A DNA stretch of 42,838 nt from Candidatus Thorarchaeota archaeon (GTDB lineage: Archaea > Asgardarchaeota > Thorarchaeia > Thorarchaeales > Thorarchaeaceae). The DNA lies in assembly GCA_048884925.1 (NCBI GenBank), contig JBHLQK010000003.1:1-42838 (forward strand), written 5' to 3'. Position numbers and translations under genes: made by a program. Position 1 is the first letter of the stretch, and the number at the start of each line of letters is the position of its first letter. The notes beneath the pieces are model-generated. The model saw only the letters and a program-made list of their open reading frames with translations, had not been told where the DNA came from and did not search any database. This document shows, one piece after another, positions 1 through 9,652 of this stretch.

Positions 1-1359
1 CCAGAGGGAGGCATTCCATACGGCATTGTAGGACATGGGATGTATATGCCATCCCCTTGGCGTCCAAGTGACCAACAGCTTTGGCTCCTCTGGTTGGCTA
101 GTGAGTACATTCTGAGTAACCGGGATCTCAAGTTCCTAGATGAGATTATCACTATGTATCCAATTTATGGGAAAAGGACGAAACAAACCAGAGTGAGAGA
201 TGTACTTGCACTTTGCTTCAGGTATCTAGTGGATGCAAATTCCATTGGTAAACATGGATTGGCACGACTCTCTTACGGCGACTGGAATGATATGGTTGTG
301 CACGGATATGTTCCAATGGAACAGCGTGATGAAGTCACAGAAGTGGGAGAAAGCATGCTGAATGCAGCTATGGCTAGCTATGTACTGAATCTATATTCCC
401 AATTGCTCACCTATATGGGAGAAATGGACCTTGCGGAGGAAGCCCTTGAATTTGCCAAAATGCAACGAGAGGCTGTTAATAAGCAATGGAATGGAGAATG
501 GTTCAAACGCGCATGGCTTAACGATGACCTAGGATGGGTTGGTACCGATGTGATGTGGCTTGAACCACAGCCTTGGTCTATCATTGGAGAAGCCGCTAGC
601 AAGGATCAGGCTGACGCTCTTTTGAAATCCATCAACAACCTTGCGAGAAGATTCTCCAAACATGGGGCATTAATTCTCTCTGAACCTTTGGAAAAGATGG
701 CAGGAGATCCAGGCATTGGCACAAATGCCGGCGTCTGGCCCTCTATAAATGGCACCTTGGTATGGGCACTTGCACTATTAGATGGAAATCTGGCTTGGGA
801 CGAATGGAAGAGAAACTCTTTGGCTAAGCATGCAGAAGAATACCCTGATGTATGGTATGGTATTTGGAGTGGCCCTGATGTATATAACTCCGAGTTCTCA
901 GAACGACCTGGCCAGACAATCGCGGTAGAAGCAAGGGGAGGAGTAAGAGATGCGCTTGAAGAGGAGGCTGAGGGATTCATGGGTGTAGGTTGGACAGACT
1001 TTCCCGTAATGAATATGCACCCACACGCTTGGCCGCTTTACAGTATCGCCAAGCTCATCGGCATCGAGTTCAACAGTCATGGAGTGAACCTATTTCCAAC
1101 ATTGCCAAAAGAGATGTACAAATTCTCTACACCTCTTATTGAGCTGGAGAAATCAAAAGAAGGATACTCTGGAAGATACTCACCCAATTCTCCGGGAACA
1201 TGGAGAATGACTCTGAAACTTGATGATAAGGAAATGAAGAGGATAACTGCTCTTCTTGTCAATGACAAACAGGTCGACATTGCTCTGGAGGGTGACAGAA
1301 TAGTATGGGAGGGCAAAAGCACACCAGATGCCCCATTGAGGTGGATTCTTAGGTTTTAG
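1..1359 (+). CDS. GH94/GH36-like glycoside phosphorylase (cellobiose-phosphorylase-like catalytic domain), 5'-truncated by window edge
   Basis: Frame open from base 1 (PEGGIPYGIVGHGM...); YGDWND catalytic motif, GES, WNGEWFKRAW, WLEPQPW and N-x-G-x-W typical of the GH94 (alpha/alpha)6 barrel. Confidence 0.75.
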   Translation, partial: PEGGIPYGIVGHGMYMPSPWRPSDQQLWLLWLASEYILSNRDLKFLDEIITMYPIYGKRTKQTRVRDVLALCFRYLVDANSIGKHGLARLSYGDWNDMVVHGYVPMEQRDEVTEVGESMLNAAMASYVLNLYSQLLTYMGEMDLAEEALEFAKMQREAVNKQWNGEWFKRAWLNDDLGWVGTDVMWLEPQPWSIIGEAASKDQADALLKSINNLARRFSKHGALILSEPLEKMAGDPGIGTNAGVWPSINGTLVWALALLDGNLAWDEWKRNSLAKHAEEYPDVWYGIWSGPDVYNSEFSERPGQTIAVEARGGVRDALEEEAEGFMGVGWTDFPVMNMHPHAWPLYSIAKLIGIEFNSHGVNLFPTLPKEMYKFSTPLIELEKSKEGYSGRYSPNSPGTWRMTLKLDDKEMKRITALLVNDKQVDIALEGDRIVWEGKSTPDAPLRWILRF

Positions 1360-1377
1360 TAGAGGAGAAGACACTGG

Positions 1378-2418
1378 ATGAAGCCTCGCGATGTGACTCT
1401 TGCTGCAGTTGAAGGCAAAGCAGAGAGGGTTCCATTCAATCCATTCATCATGCATCTCGCTGCAGCAATTGATGGGATAGACTATAGTAATGCCTACTGC
1501 AAGGATGCACTGGCACTTGCTGATGCCCAAGTGAAGTGTGCCAAGACCTATGGCATTGACCATGTGAACGTTTCAACCGATGCATATAGAGAGGCTAGTG
1601 CTTGGGGGGTGAAGATCGACTTCTCTGGTCATACTCCAGTGGCTGGAACACATCTAAATATCGAAGATTTTGAGGGTGTTGAAAAGCCAGATCTAAATGC
1701 TGCTTGGCGTGTCCAAGACAGGGTTGAGGCAGTCCGGAGGCTAAGGGAAGCCAGTGACGATGAATGCGTCATTGGATGGATAGAGGCTCCATTCGCAGAA
1801 ATCTGCTGTCTCTTTGGTCTGATGAATGTACTGAAACTAGCACGCAGGCCTGATTGGAGTGAACTGGTTCAGGCACTCATAGCACGAGTGTTTTCAGTTC
1901 AGCTTGAGTTCGCCATGATGCAAATTGAAGCAGGAGCAGACATCATCGGAGCTGGTGACTCAGCCGTTTCCCAGATAGGCCCCACGCGCTATGAAGAGGC
2001 CTGTCTTGAATCCACTCAGAAACTCTTCAAAGAGATTAGAAAACACGTACCTGTGCTCTACCATGTTTGTGGAGATAGCTCTGTAGTTGACAAGGAAGGC
2101 CGGGATATGTTGGAACTAGTTGTGAGCTCGGGAACTTCGATCTTGGATATAGACTACCAAGTCAACATGACCACAGCAAAGGAGAAGATTGGATCGAGAG
2201 TATGCCTCCGGGGAAACACAAACACAACGATTCTTGGTAATGAGATGTTTACTGCATCTCATGTCAAAAAGGAAATAACTGAAACAATCCAAGCAGGAAA
2301 ACCAGATGGTAGATATATGTTCTCAGCTGGTTGTGAATGGCCTTGGGAACCCTTGAACCTCGCAACAAGAAATCTTAAGGTTGCAGGATCATTGGTTAGG
2401 AAACTCGGCGGATATTGA
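1378..2418 (+). CDS. UroD/MtaA-CmuA family methyltransferase
   Basis: EASAWG, QIEAGADII, Zn-ligand-type LYHVCGD and C-terminal SAGCE, LRGN motif. Confidence 0.85.
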   Translation: MKPRDVTLAAVEGKAERVPFNPFIMHLAAAIDGIDYSNAYCKDALALADAQVKCAKTYGIDHVNVSTDAYREASAWGVKIDFSGHTPVAGTHLNIEDFEGVEKPDLNAAWRVQDRVEAVRRLREASDDECVIGWIEAPFAEICCLFGLMNVLKLARRPDWSELVQALIARVFSVQLEFAMMQIEAGADIIGAGDSAVSQIGPTRYEEACLESTQKLFKEIRKHVPVLYHVCGDSSVVDKEGRDMLELVVSSGTSILDIDYQVNMTTAKEKIGSRVCLRGNTNTTILGNEMFTASHVKKEITETIQAGKPDGRYMFSAGCEWPWEPLNLATRNLKVAGSLVRKLGGY

Positions 2419-2419
2419 C

Positions 2420-3592
2420 ATGAATTCACGGGAACGTGTGTTACTAGCATTAAATCATAAGGAGCCAGATATGGTGCCGCTTGACTTTGGCGGCAACCAA
2501 TCAAGCATTCACATTGTAGCCTACAAGCGGCTTCTAGATCATCTCGATATCATAGATGATAACATCAGGTTCAGTGACTTCCTCCAGCAGATTGCGGATC
2601 CCTGTGAAGCAGTGCTTGAACGGTTCAACATAGATATTCGGTGGCTTCGAGCACCGTCTTCATTTTTGCCGGAGAATTATGTTCCTGAAGTCGAAGGTAA
2701 ATTCCAAGGAGTCTGGGACCAGTTTGGCGTGTTCTGGGGCAATAGTGCTGAGAAAGACCTTGAAGACATTCTCTATTATGACCCGGTCATTCACCCCCTG
2801 AGTGATATGAAGACAGTGCAGGAGATTCAGTCCTATGACTGGCCTGATGGAACTGATAGAACTCCTTTAAGGGGATTAAGAAAGCAGGCAAAGAATCTCA
2901 GAGAGAATACTCACTATGCTATTGCAGCGCCACCAATTGGCTGCATCTATGAATACACGACCTTCCTCTTTGGCTTCTCAAAGGCTTTGAGGCATCTGCA
3001 GAAGAATCCCGAGCTGATAATCGCGACCATGGAAGAACTAGAAAGATACTGGACAGCCTATGCAGCAACCCTCTTGGATGAAGTGAAGTTTGGAAATGAA
3101 CACTATGTCGACATTGTTTCGAACAATGGAGACCTGGCAGAACAAGCAGGTCCTATAATGAGTCCCAAACGCATCTACGAACCTCTAATCAAGCCAATTG
3201 AACGACGGTTTTCGGAGAAACTGCATGAGCTTGCAGATGTCAGAGTAAACTATCATAGTTGCGGGTCGGTTTCGCAGTTCATACCTCACTTCGCAGAAAT
3301 CGGCTATGATGCAATAAACCCAGTTCAAATCGGTGCATATGACATGGAGCCTTGTAACTTGAAGAAACGCTTCGGTGATATGATTACATTCTGGGGTGGT
3401 CTGTGTGACACTCAGAATACGCTCCCATTTGGGACTGCTGATGAGATACGTCAAGAGGTAGGACGTAACATAGCATGCCTGAAACCCGGTGGGGGATATA
3501 TTGCTTCGAATATTCATAACATAACAGCTGAAGTGCCGCCGGAGAATGTTGTCGCCATGTTCGATGCCGCCAAGCAAAGCAGATCCTATTAG
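2420..3592 (+). CDS. UroD-family (methyltransferase-like) protein
   Basis: MNSRERV...HKEPDMVPLD, DLAEQAGP, YHSCG, NPVQ, FWGG-DTQ, PGGGYI...HNI...VPPEN; ATG 2420 lies 1 nt after the upstream stop. Confidence 0.85.
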   Translation: MNSRERVLLALNHKEPDMVPLDFGGNQSSIHIVAYKRLLDHLDIIDDNIRFSDFLQQIADPCEAVLERFNIDIRWLRAPSSFLPENYVPEVEGKFQGVWDQFGVFWGNSAEKDLEDILYYDPVIHPLSDMKTVQEIQSYDWPDGTDRTPLRGLRKQAKNLRENTHYAIAAPPIGCIYEYTTFLFGFSKALRHLQKNPELIIATMEELERYWTAYAATLLDEVKFGNEHYVDIVSNNGDLAEQAGPIMSPKRIYEPLIKPIERRFSEKLHELADVRVNYHSCGSVSQFIPHFAEIGYDAINPVQIGAYDMEPCNLKKRFGDMITFWGGLCDTQNTLPFGTADEIRQEVGRNIACLKPGGGYIASNIHNITAEVPPENVVAMFDAAKQSRSY

Positions 3593-3691
3593 ATTAAGTC
3601 GTGTCATTCCGAAGATTGAAATGCCTGCCAAAACTATGAAATGGGTTCTCATACAGAGAATAAGGACGTTGAACTAAAGGAGTGGAGATGC

Positions 3692-5107
3692 ATGTCCGCA
3701 TTTGAGGACAGCGCAAAGAAATTGTCAGAATTTGGGCTCACGCCTTATGAAGCCAAGGTCTATTTGGCTGCAGTCAAGCTGGGGCCGACATCTGCAAGTA
3801 ATATCTCGAAGATAGCAAAGATTCGTCGTGAAGAGGTCTACAGAACATTACCAAAGCTTGAGAAGGCTGGACTCATCGACCGTGTCTTAGGGCGACCTGT
3901 TAAAATTAGAGCGATGCCAATTAGAGATGCTCTCACTTTCCTGATTAATCGGAAGGAAGAGCAGGCAAAGCAGGAGATCTCGGACCTTTGCATAAGGAAA
4001 GAGAGTATCTTGGATAGCTTCGAGGTCGAAACTGAAGATATTGATTTGGAAGAGGAAACCCATCATTTCACACTGATTTCTGAAAAGGATGCTGTAGCTG
4101 CAAGGACATCAGCGTTGCTTGACGGTTCCAAGACGTCAATCGATATAGTAGATTCAAGCGCAGATGTTGTTCGATTCATACTCAACTACGCAGATGTTCT
4201 TGATAGAACAATCAAACGGAGTATTGTGGTGCGTATACTCACTGTGTGCCCAGATGACGAGAATGCAATCCCTGAAACGCTTCATAATCATATCCCTCGA
4301 AATAGTTTCAGCTTAAGATACGTCGAAACACTGCCAAGCCGGTATGTCATGTTTGATAGAAAACAGGCGTTAATCACAACTTCACCAGATGGAACGCTGG
4401 CAGACATGAAGTGCCTGTGGACAGATGATCCTAGCCTTTTGGGGCTCATCGAGAGGGATTTCGAAGAACAATATGCAAAGGCCAAGGACTGGCAGGACTT
4501 TAAACTGTCACCTTCTGAAAAGATGACTAGGATAGTGAAGCATCTACGACCGAGAGACCATGTGATACTTGTCTATGACTCACTCGAAGCAAAGCGTGAC
4601 ACCCTCTTCAGCTATCTCCGATACGGTCTTGAAAAAGGAGAGGCCGTGAAGTATGTCTGCTCTGAGGAGACTCCCAACGATATTAGAAACGCAATGAAGG
4701 ATTTCACTATCCCCGTGAGCGAGTATGAAAAGACAGGCGCCCTTGAGATATTGAATTACACTGACATCTACATTCGAGATGGAAAATTCAGTGTTTTGGA
4801 TATAATGGATGCCTGGGACAAGTACTATGCAGATGCAATTGCCGTGGGATTCAAGGGTATGCGAGTGACTGGAGAGATGTCATGCTTCATGGAACATTCT
4901 CTTGTCGACGAGCTAATTGAATATGAGAAGGCACTTCATACAATTCTTGACATACCATTGACAGCAATTTGTGCATATAATGCAGAAACACTAGCTAGTG
5001 TAGAGAACCCAATAGATGTATATTCGGAGCTAGTCAAGGCACATGGGAAAGTCCTCTTCGCCGGCAAGGACGCAACCATTGGCAAGGTGGAAATGCGCAA
5101 AGCCTAG
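3692..5107 (+). CDS. TrmB-family regulator: wHTH + PLD-like effector domain + C-terminal MEDS (DcmR-type) sensory domain
   Basis: FGLTPYEAKVYLA...IRREEVYRTLPKLEKAGL (TrmB HTH); FDRKQALI effector region; DHVILVY..YLRYGLEKGE..MRVTGEM..IEYE..AICAY (MEDS); start placed at MSAFED after GGAG. Confidence 0.85.
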   Translation: MSAFEDSAKKLSEFGLTPYEAKVYLAAVKLGPTSASNISKIAKIRREEVYRTLPKLEKAGLIDRVLGRPVKIRAMPIRDALTFLINRKEEQAKQEISDLCIRKESILDSFEVETEDIDLEEETHHFTLISEKDAVAARTSALLDGSKTSIDIVDSSADVVRFILNYADVLDRTIKRSIVVRILTVCPDDENAIPETLHNHIPRNSFSLRYVETLPSRYVMFDRKQALITTSPDGTLADMKCLWTDDPSLLGLIERDFEEQYAKAKDWQDFKLSPSEKMTRIVKHLRPRDHVILVYDSLEAKRDTLFSYLRYGLEKGEAVKYVCSEETPNDIRNAMKDFTIPVSEYEKTGALEILNYTDIYIRDGKFSVLDIMDAWDKYYADAIAVGFKGMRVTGEMSCFMEHSLVDELIEYEKALHTILDIPLTAICAYNAETLASVENPIDVYSELVKAHGKVLFAGKDATIGKVEMRKA

Positions 5108-5110
5108 GTT

Positions 5111-5356
5111 CTAGGCTGGCAGATAGATCCACTGACGCATATCTTGAAGACAGGGTATCCGCTTAATCAACTTCTTCCTGAGCAGCTTTCGTAGTGCGTA
5201 TCTGACAGTCCTTGCTGCGAATGGAACTTCCTGAAGGAGTTGTTTTGGAGTCACACCCTTCTTTCCTTTGGTCCTCATTAGATCGAGCACAATGCTTTGA
5301 CTCTTCGTTAAATTGATAGTATCTAACTCTTTAGTGAGCTTTTCATCACTCAACAA
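5111..5356 (-). CDS. small MarR-like winged-helix DNA-binding protein
   Basis: TPKQL..RTVRYALRKL..LIKRIPCLQDMR..Y; paralog of 33994..34284; GGTGA SD upstream. Confidence 0.75.
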   Translation of the reverse strand: MLSDEKLTKELDTINLTKSQSIVLDLMRTKGKKGVTPKQLLQEVPFAARTVRYALRKLLRKKLIKRIPCLQDMRQWIYLPA

Positions 5357-5410
5357 TTTGATTCACCATTTTTATAGCTAATCTACTGTGTAAATTGGCA
5401 TTTAAGCACC

Positions 5411-5434
5411 TGTGACTGTGAGGATACAGTTACA
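5411..5434. promoter_or_regulatory. inverted repeat TGTGACTGT-N6-ACAGTTACA (operator or terminator)
   Basis: 9-bp arms with one mismatch, between two minus-strand genes, just upstream of TA-rich boxes for the wHTH gene. Confidence 0.4.
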
Positions 5435-5459
5435 TTCTAGAAAAGGAGTAATCAATTGT

Positions 5460-6143
5460 TCACCATCCAAAGAACAACCTTGCAACCAACTCAATCACAG
5501 CGATATAGAAGTTACCACTCGGTGGCGCGATGAAAGTTGTGGAGAGATGAAAGTAGGGACGAAGGACCCAAGCTAGCTGTGTACCCACAAACGCAAGTAC
5601 GCCACTGCCAGTAATCATAGCTGGCACCCACTTCTTATTCTCGCCGTGAATCTTGCTAAACCCACGCAGGAGATAGCTTACAGCCGTCACTCCAGATATC
5701 CCGAAGAAAAACACATTGAGCAGGACAGTAAAAGCATAGGCAGCAAATGTTCGTTCAGGTGTTGTTAGCATGAAGAATAACGTAACAGGGAGAAATGCTA
5801 TCATCATGGTGGCCATCACCGTAATGCTGATCATAAACAGGACCGCCATCTGTTTCAAGCTCATCTCGCCGCCTAGAATTCCGTTCAATACATAATATGT
5901 GGGTAATGAAACAAACACAGCAATTAGGAGTAGCATTGGAATTTTGATTGCATCAAATAGAATCTGCACACTGCCTGCGTATGTGCCCATACTAGCTCCA
6001 TAGAGAGCCCCGAACAAAAGAGTCGCGAAAATAGAGGTTACGAAATACTTCCTGAGGCCCTTTTCCTCCTGGATGTCATTATACAGCCCCTCACGGTCTC
6101 GAATGAAGCGGCTTAGAATCTGAAAGAATGATTCATAATCCAC
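5460..6143 (-). CDS. Yip1-like multi-pass membrane protein
   Basis: About 5 TM helices, IKIP, LPTYY, TQLAWVLRPYF motif; probable start GTG 6143 after GGAGG (ORF track extends to 6263). Confidence 0.65.
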   Translation of the reverse strand: MDYESFFQILSRFIRDREGLYNDIQEEKGLRKYFVTSIFATLLFGALYGASMGTYAGSVQILFDAIKIPMLLLIAVFVSLPTYYVLNGILGGEMSLKQMAVLFMISITVMATMMIAFLPVTLFFMLTTPERTFAAYAFTVLLNVFFFGISGVTAVSYLLRGFSKIHGENKKWVPAMITGSGVLAFVGTQLAWVLRPYFHLSTTFIAPPSGNFYIAVIELVARLFFGW

Positions 6144-6255
6144 GCGAAATCCTCCATGATTAGAATAAAGGACCTCTTTTTGTACACTGCTAATGTCCAA
6201 CAAATGCACTATGCCGCAGCCCTCTCTGATGAGTTTGAATGCTTCCCAGTTGGTT

Positions 6256-7596
6256 TCAAGCACCGACCTTTTTCACATACCTGTCGATGGCGAATTTCCG
6301 TTCAAGCCCTTTGGAACTCATGTAGCGAACCTTCCCATATATGGGTCTCTCTCCCCATGCTCTGTCATGTTTTCCAAAACACCATGCTATGCCAGCATAT
6401 CCATTTGGATCCCGACCATCTAATTCATACTTGTTGTTGAGATGAAGCGCAATGCGATATCCCAATTCCGGAGAGGCACTCCACTCGAGTATCTTCTTTC
6501 CCCAGTACATCCGCATATAGCCATGCATTTTCCCAGTTTTCGTCATCTCGAGTTGGGCGGCGTTCCAATATGGGTCATGAGTTTCGGCAGACTCGAATTC
6601 TGCAAGTGAATACACATATTCGCGGTCGTCCGTTGAATGCTCTTGTAGTGTATTCATTGCCCAGTTCGGCAAGCATTTGATTGAGTCATAATCTGCATTG
6701 TAATAGACAAAATTCATACTCAACTCGCGACGTACTATCAGCTCTTCAAGAAAAGATTCAGATCCAGCACTTCCTGTTTCTAATACCATCAATGCTATCT
6801 CGAGAGGGGATATCTGGCCAAAGTGAAGATAGGGGCTCATGCATGACAAGTAGTCTTCGGCTGGATCGTTACGCAAGTCTCCAAATCGATCCAGTTTCTC
6901 AGTGATGAACCTGTTCAATGTCTTCTTAGCCTCTCTTGAACCACCCTGTAGCCAGTTCACACTCGGCACAGATCTGTCAATCTCAATCTCGCCTAGGACC
7001 TTTTTTGGATTCCTGATTCGGATTGAGGGAATACTTCCTTTGAATGAAAATGATACTTCAGTCTTCATAACAGGTTCCAGGAATCTATCTAGTTCTCTAT
7101 TGATTTTTGGCCGAAATGTTCCTGCTGAGTATTCCTCTTTGGGAGAGGCTGTTTCTATGGGAACCACCACATTGGATTCGACTTGAATTACGGGACATCC
7201 AACCGATTCTGAAACCTTGCCGCGCCAATCTCTTTGGAGACGTTGATAACCACGATCCACAATCATCAGGGCACAGTCACTGGCTAGTTCTCTGACACCT
7301 ATGCTTGGATTCTCTTGGCGTAGAACAAACAGAATATTTCGCTCTTGTAGGTCTGCATCCACATTGACGAGACCTTCCAAAAGGAAAAGATAGCTCCTCT
7401 CAGTCGCTTCCGGATAGTCATTGGTGAGTCCAAAATATGTAACAACTGGCAATTCGTATCGATTTGCCATATGGACTGCATACTCCAGAGCATGGTTGTA
7501 ATCTGTTCGCTGAGATGCCTGCATCCAGTATAGAACGTATTCCCCGCTTTGAATTGTGTTGGAATTCAGATGTTTCACTCGTTCTTCCTGAATCAT
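6256..7596 (-). CDS. phr: class II CPD DNA photolyase
   Basis: VLYWMQASQR, SPYLHFGQIS, FLEELIVRREL, THDPYWNAAQ, MHGYMRMYWGKKILEW, LDGRDPNGY, HDRAW..RPIYGKVRYM. Confidence 0.95.
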   Translation of the reverse strand: MIQEERVKHLNSNTIQSGEYVLYWMQASQRTDYNHALEYAVHMANRYELPVVTYFGLTNDYPEATERSYLFLLEGLVNVDADLQERNILFVLRQENPSIGVRELASDCALMIVDRGYQRLQRDWRGKVSESVGCPVIQVESNVVVPIETASPKEEYSAGTFRPKINRELDRFLEPVMKTEVSFSFKGSIPSIRIRNPKKVLGEIEIDRSVPSVNWLQGGSREAKKTLNRFITEKLDRFGDLRNDPAEDYLSCMSPYLHFGQISPLEIALMVLETGSAGSESFLEELIVRRELSMNFVYYNADYDSIKCLPNWAMNTLQEHSTDDREYVYSLAEFESAETHDPYWNAAQLEMTKTGKMHGYMRMYWGKKILEWSASPELGYRIALHLNNKYELDGRDPNGYAGIAWCFGKHDRAWGERPIYGKVRYMSSKGLERKFAIDRYVKKVGA

Positions 7597-7632
7597 GATG
7601 ATGGAGGTCTAGACCAAAGCCTTATTAAGATT

Positions 7633-7678
7633 ATTAACAATCGTTAATGTGTTCGTTAATGTTCGCATCGTTATGCGA
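7633..7678. promoter_or_regulatory. divergent-promoter operator array
   Basis: ATTAAC-N4-GTTAAT (7633-7648), TCGTTAATGT twice (7641, 7653), TCGCAT-N4-ATGCGA (7663-7678). Confidence 0.5.
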
Positions 7679-7683
7679 GGAAT

Positions 7684-8169
7684 GTGTGGGATATGCAATT
7701 TCCAAGTGTTAGTGGGAACGACCTGCTAAGAAACAAGGTTTCGTTGCCCGAGGATTTGAAGGCGAGATTTAATATCCTGATAGTGGCTTTTCAGCAATGG
7801 CATCAGGGGCTTGTTAACTCGTGGGTGCCTTTTCTCAATCATATGATAGAACGATATCCAGATTTCGACTACTACGAGCTGCCAACCATCAGGGAAATGA
7901 ACTGGCTCAGTCGATCCATAATTGATAATGGAATGCGTGCGGGTATTCCATCTCGTGACGCTCGAAGGAGAACTATTACACTCTACATCGACAAAGAGCC
8001 TTTCAAAAAGAAACTCGAGATTCCTGATGAGAGTGATATTCACCTGTTCCTAGTGACAAATGAGGGCGAAATATTATGGACTGAATCCGGAGCAATCTCT
8101 GAACAGAAATCGGAATCTCTGATGCAAGCATTCAAAGACGCCGGTTTCAGTCAAATTGCCCCGAGTTAG
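7684..8169 (+). CDS. ATP10-like thioredoxin-fold protein
   Basis: FPSVSG..LPEDL..ILIVAFQQWHQ..VNSW..YELP..IDNGMRAGIP..LFLV..GEILW..G pattern; no CxxC. Confidence 0.6.
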   Translation: MWDMQFPSVSGNDLLRNKVSLPEDLKARFNILIVAFQQWHQGLVNSWVPFLNHMIERYPDFDYYELPTIREMNWLSRSIIDNGMRAGIPSRDARRRTITLYIDKEPFKKKLEIPDESDIHLFLVTNEGEILWTESGAISEQKSESLMQAFKDAGFSQIAPS

Positions 8170-9652
8170 ATTTTTGCCTCGAGAAACGCAGGAATTCTGA
8201 AATATGCAAGATTCTATCGATCATCTTTCCTATCGCATATTTTCTGAATGGCAATAGAGCATACCAAGCAAGCAGACCCACAAGGCCGTGCGGGTGATAG
8301 TGAAGCTCCACCACTAGCTCGCTGCAATCCAGATTTCTATCCTTAAGCGATATTGTAAGAATCAAAGTGGAGGGCATCTTCAGAGTCGCTATCAGTTGCA
8401 GGCGTCTTTTTGGAATTAGTCCGATTAGTTTCCAGCAGTCTACCGATGAACCAATCTTCAGTCGGGAAAGATGCTTTGTTGACCCGCCCATACCTTTCCC
8501 GCGGATGATGAGATCGAAATATCCTCGCAATAGCCAAATCGAGCTTCCATAGTTCCAGCCCGTAGAACCGATAACAGATTGGATCGCGTTCCAGACCGTG
8601 GTCCTTGATACATTTGTCTTGGGCCTCCAAGTCAGCCAAAAGGATGAACCACCAGCCCACTGAGGATCACCCTCATAAACCCACTCTGGAACTCTACCCT
8701 TTTCATGGAGTTCCCCTTTCGTGGAGGTTCCCTCATGCTTATTCTGCTGAAGTGCCAGACGAATTGCGTTTCGAATAGGGAGTAGATTTTGAGGAATGAT
8801 GGACTGAATATCACTATTCTGACAAATTGCTTCATTTTTCAATCCCTCAATAAGGGGCTTTGCAAGAGGGGCCGGAAGGGGCGTCACTAAAGAAATCCAA
8901 TAGGAACTCAAACGAGGAGTGAGTATGGGAAAGGGCACAATAAATCGTCTTGTTAAACCCGCTTCCTCTGAGTAGATTTGCATTAGTTCTTGATAGGAAA
9001 GTACATCTGGACCACCAATATCGAATATGCGATTGGCTGTTTCTGAATTCTCAAGACAGTCGATGAGGTATCCAATGACGTTACTCACTGCTATCGGCTG
9101 GCTCTTTGTGCGCACCCATCTTGGTGTCACCATAGCCGGCAATCTGTCAGCCAGATATCTCATGATCTCAAATGAGGCGCTTCCAGCTCCGATTATCATT
9201 GCAGCCCGGAGGGTGGTTGCGGGGGTTGAACCTCTATGGAAAATGCGGCTGACTTCCATACGTGATGCAAGATGTTTACTGAGTCCGTCTTCGGCCTCCC
9301 CCAAGCCGCCAAGGTAGATTAGACGTTTCAATCCAGCCTTTTCAGCAGCCAGGGTCATGTTCTCCGCGGCTTCTCTGTCAAGAGCTGCAAAATCTCCCGT
9401 TCCATACATCGAATGCACTAAGTAGAAGACAGCCACACATTCCTTTGAGGCATTGATCAATGATTCAACATCAAACACGTCTGCCTCTACTGGTATGAGA
9501 TTGGGATGTGAGGACCAAGGCTTCTTTTCGATTTTTGCAGGAGTTCTGAATGCGGCATTGACAACATATCCCCTATGCAGCAATTCGCCCACTAATCTAG
9601 TGCCAATATATCCAGTTGAACCAACTACCAGGACTCTCTTCAACTTAGTCAT
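8147..9652 (-). CDS. atypical SDR/NAD(P)H-binding protein with DUF2867-like C-terminus (YbjT-like)
   Basis: VLVVGSTGYIG, FYLVHSM, IYLGGL, HLASR, LRAAMIIG.GSASFE, GWNYG...W, P.GLVGLLAWY; start probably ATG 9652 (ORF extends to 9682). Confidence 0.85.
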   Translation of the reverse strand: MTKLKRVLVVGSTGYIGTRLVGELLHRGYVVNAAFRTPAKIEKKPWSSHPNLIPVEADVFDVESLINASKECVAVFYLVHSMYGTGDFAALDREAAENMTLAAEKAGLKRLIYLGGLGEAEDGLSKHLASRMEVSRIFHRGSTPATTLRAAMIIGAGSASFEIMRYLADRLPAMVTPRWVRTKSQPIAVSNVIGYLIDCLENSETANRIFDIGGPDVLSYQELMQIYSEEAGLTRRFIVPFPILTPRLSSYWISLVTPLPAPLAKPLIEGLKNEAICQNSDIQSIIPQNLLPIRNAIRLALQQNKHEGTSTKGELHEKGRVPEWVYEGDPQWAGGSSFWLTWRPKTNVSRTTVWNAIQSVIGSTGWNYGSSIWLLRGYFDLIIRGKGMGGSTKHLSRLKIGSSVDCWKLIGLIPKRRLQLIATLKMPSTLILTISLKDRNLDCSELVVELHYHPHGLVGLLAWYALLPFRKYAIGKMIDRILHISEFLRFSRQKSNSGQFD

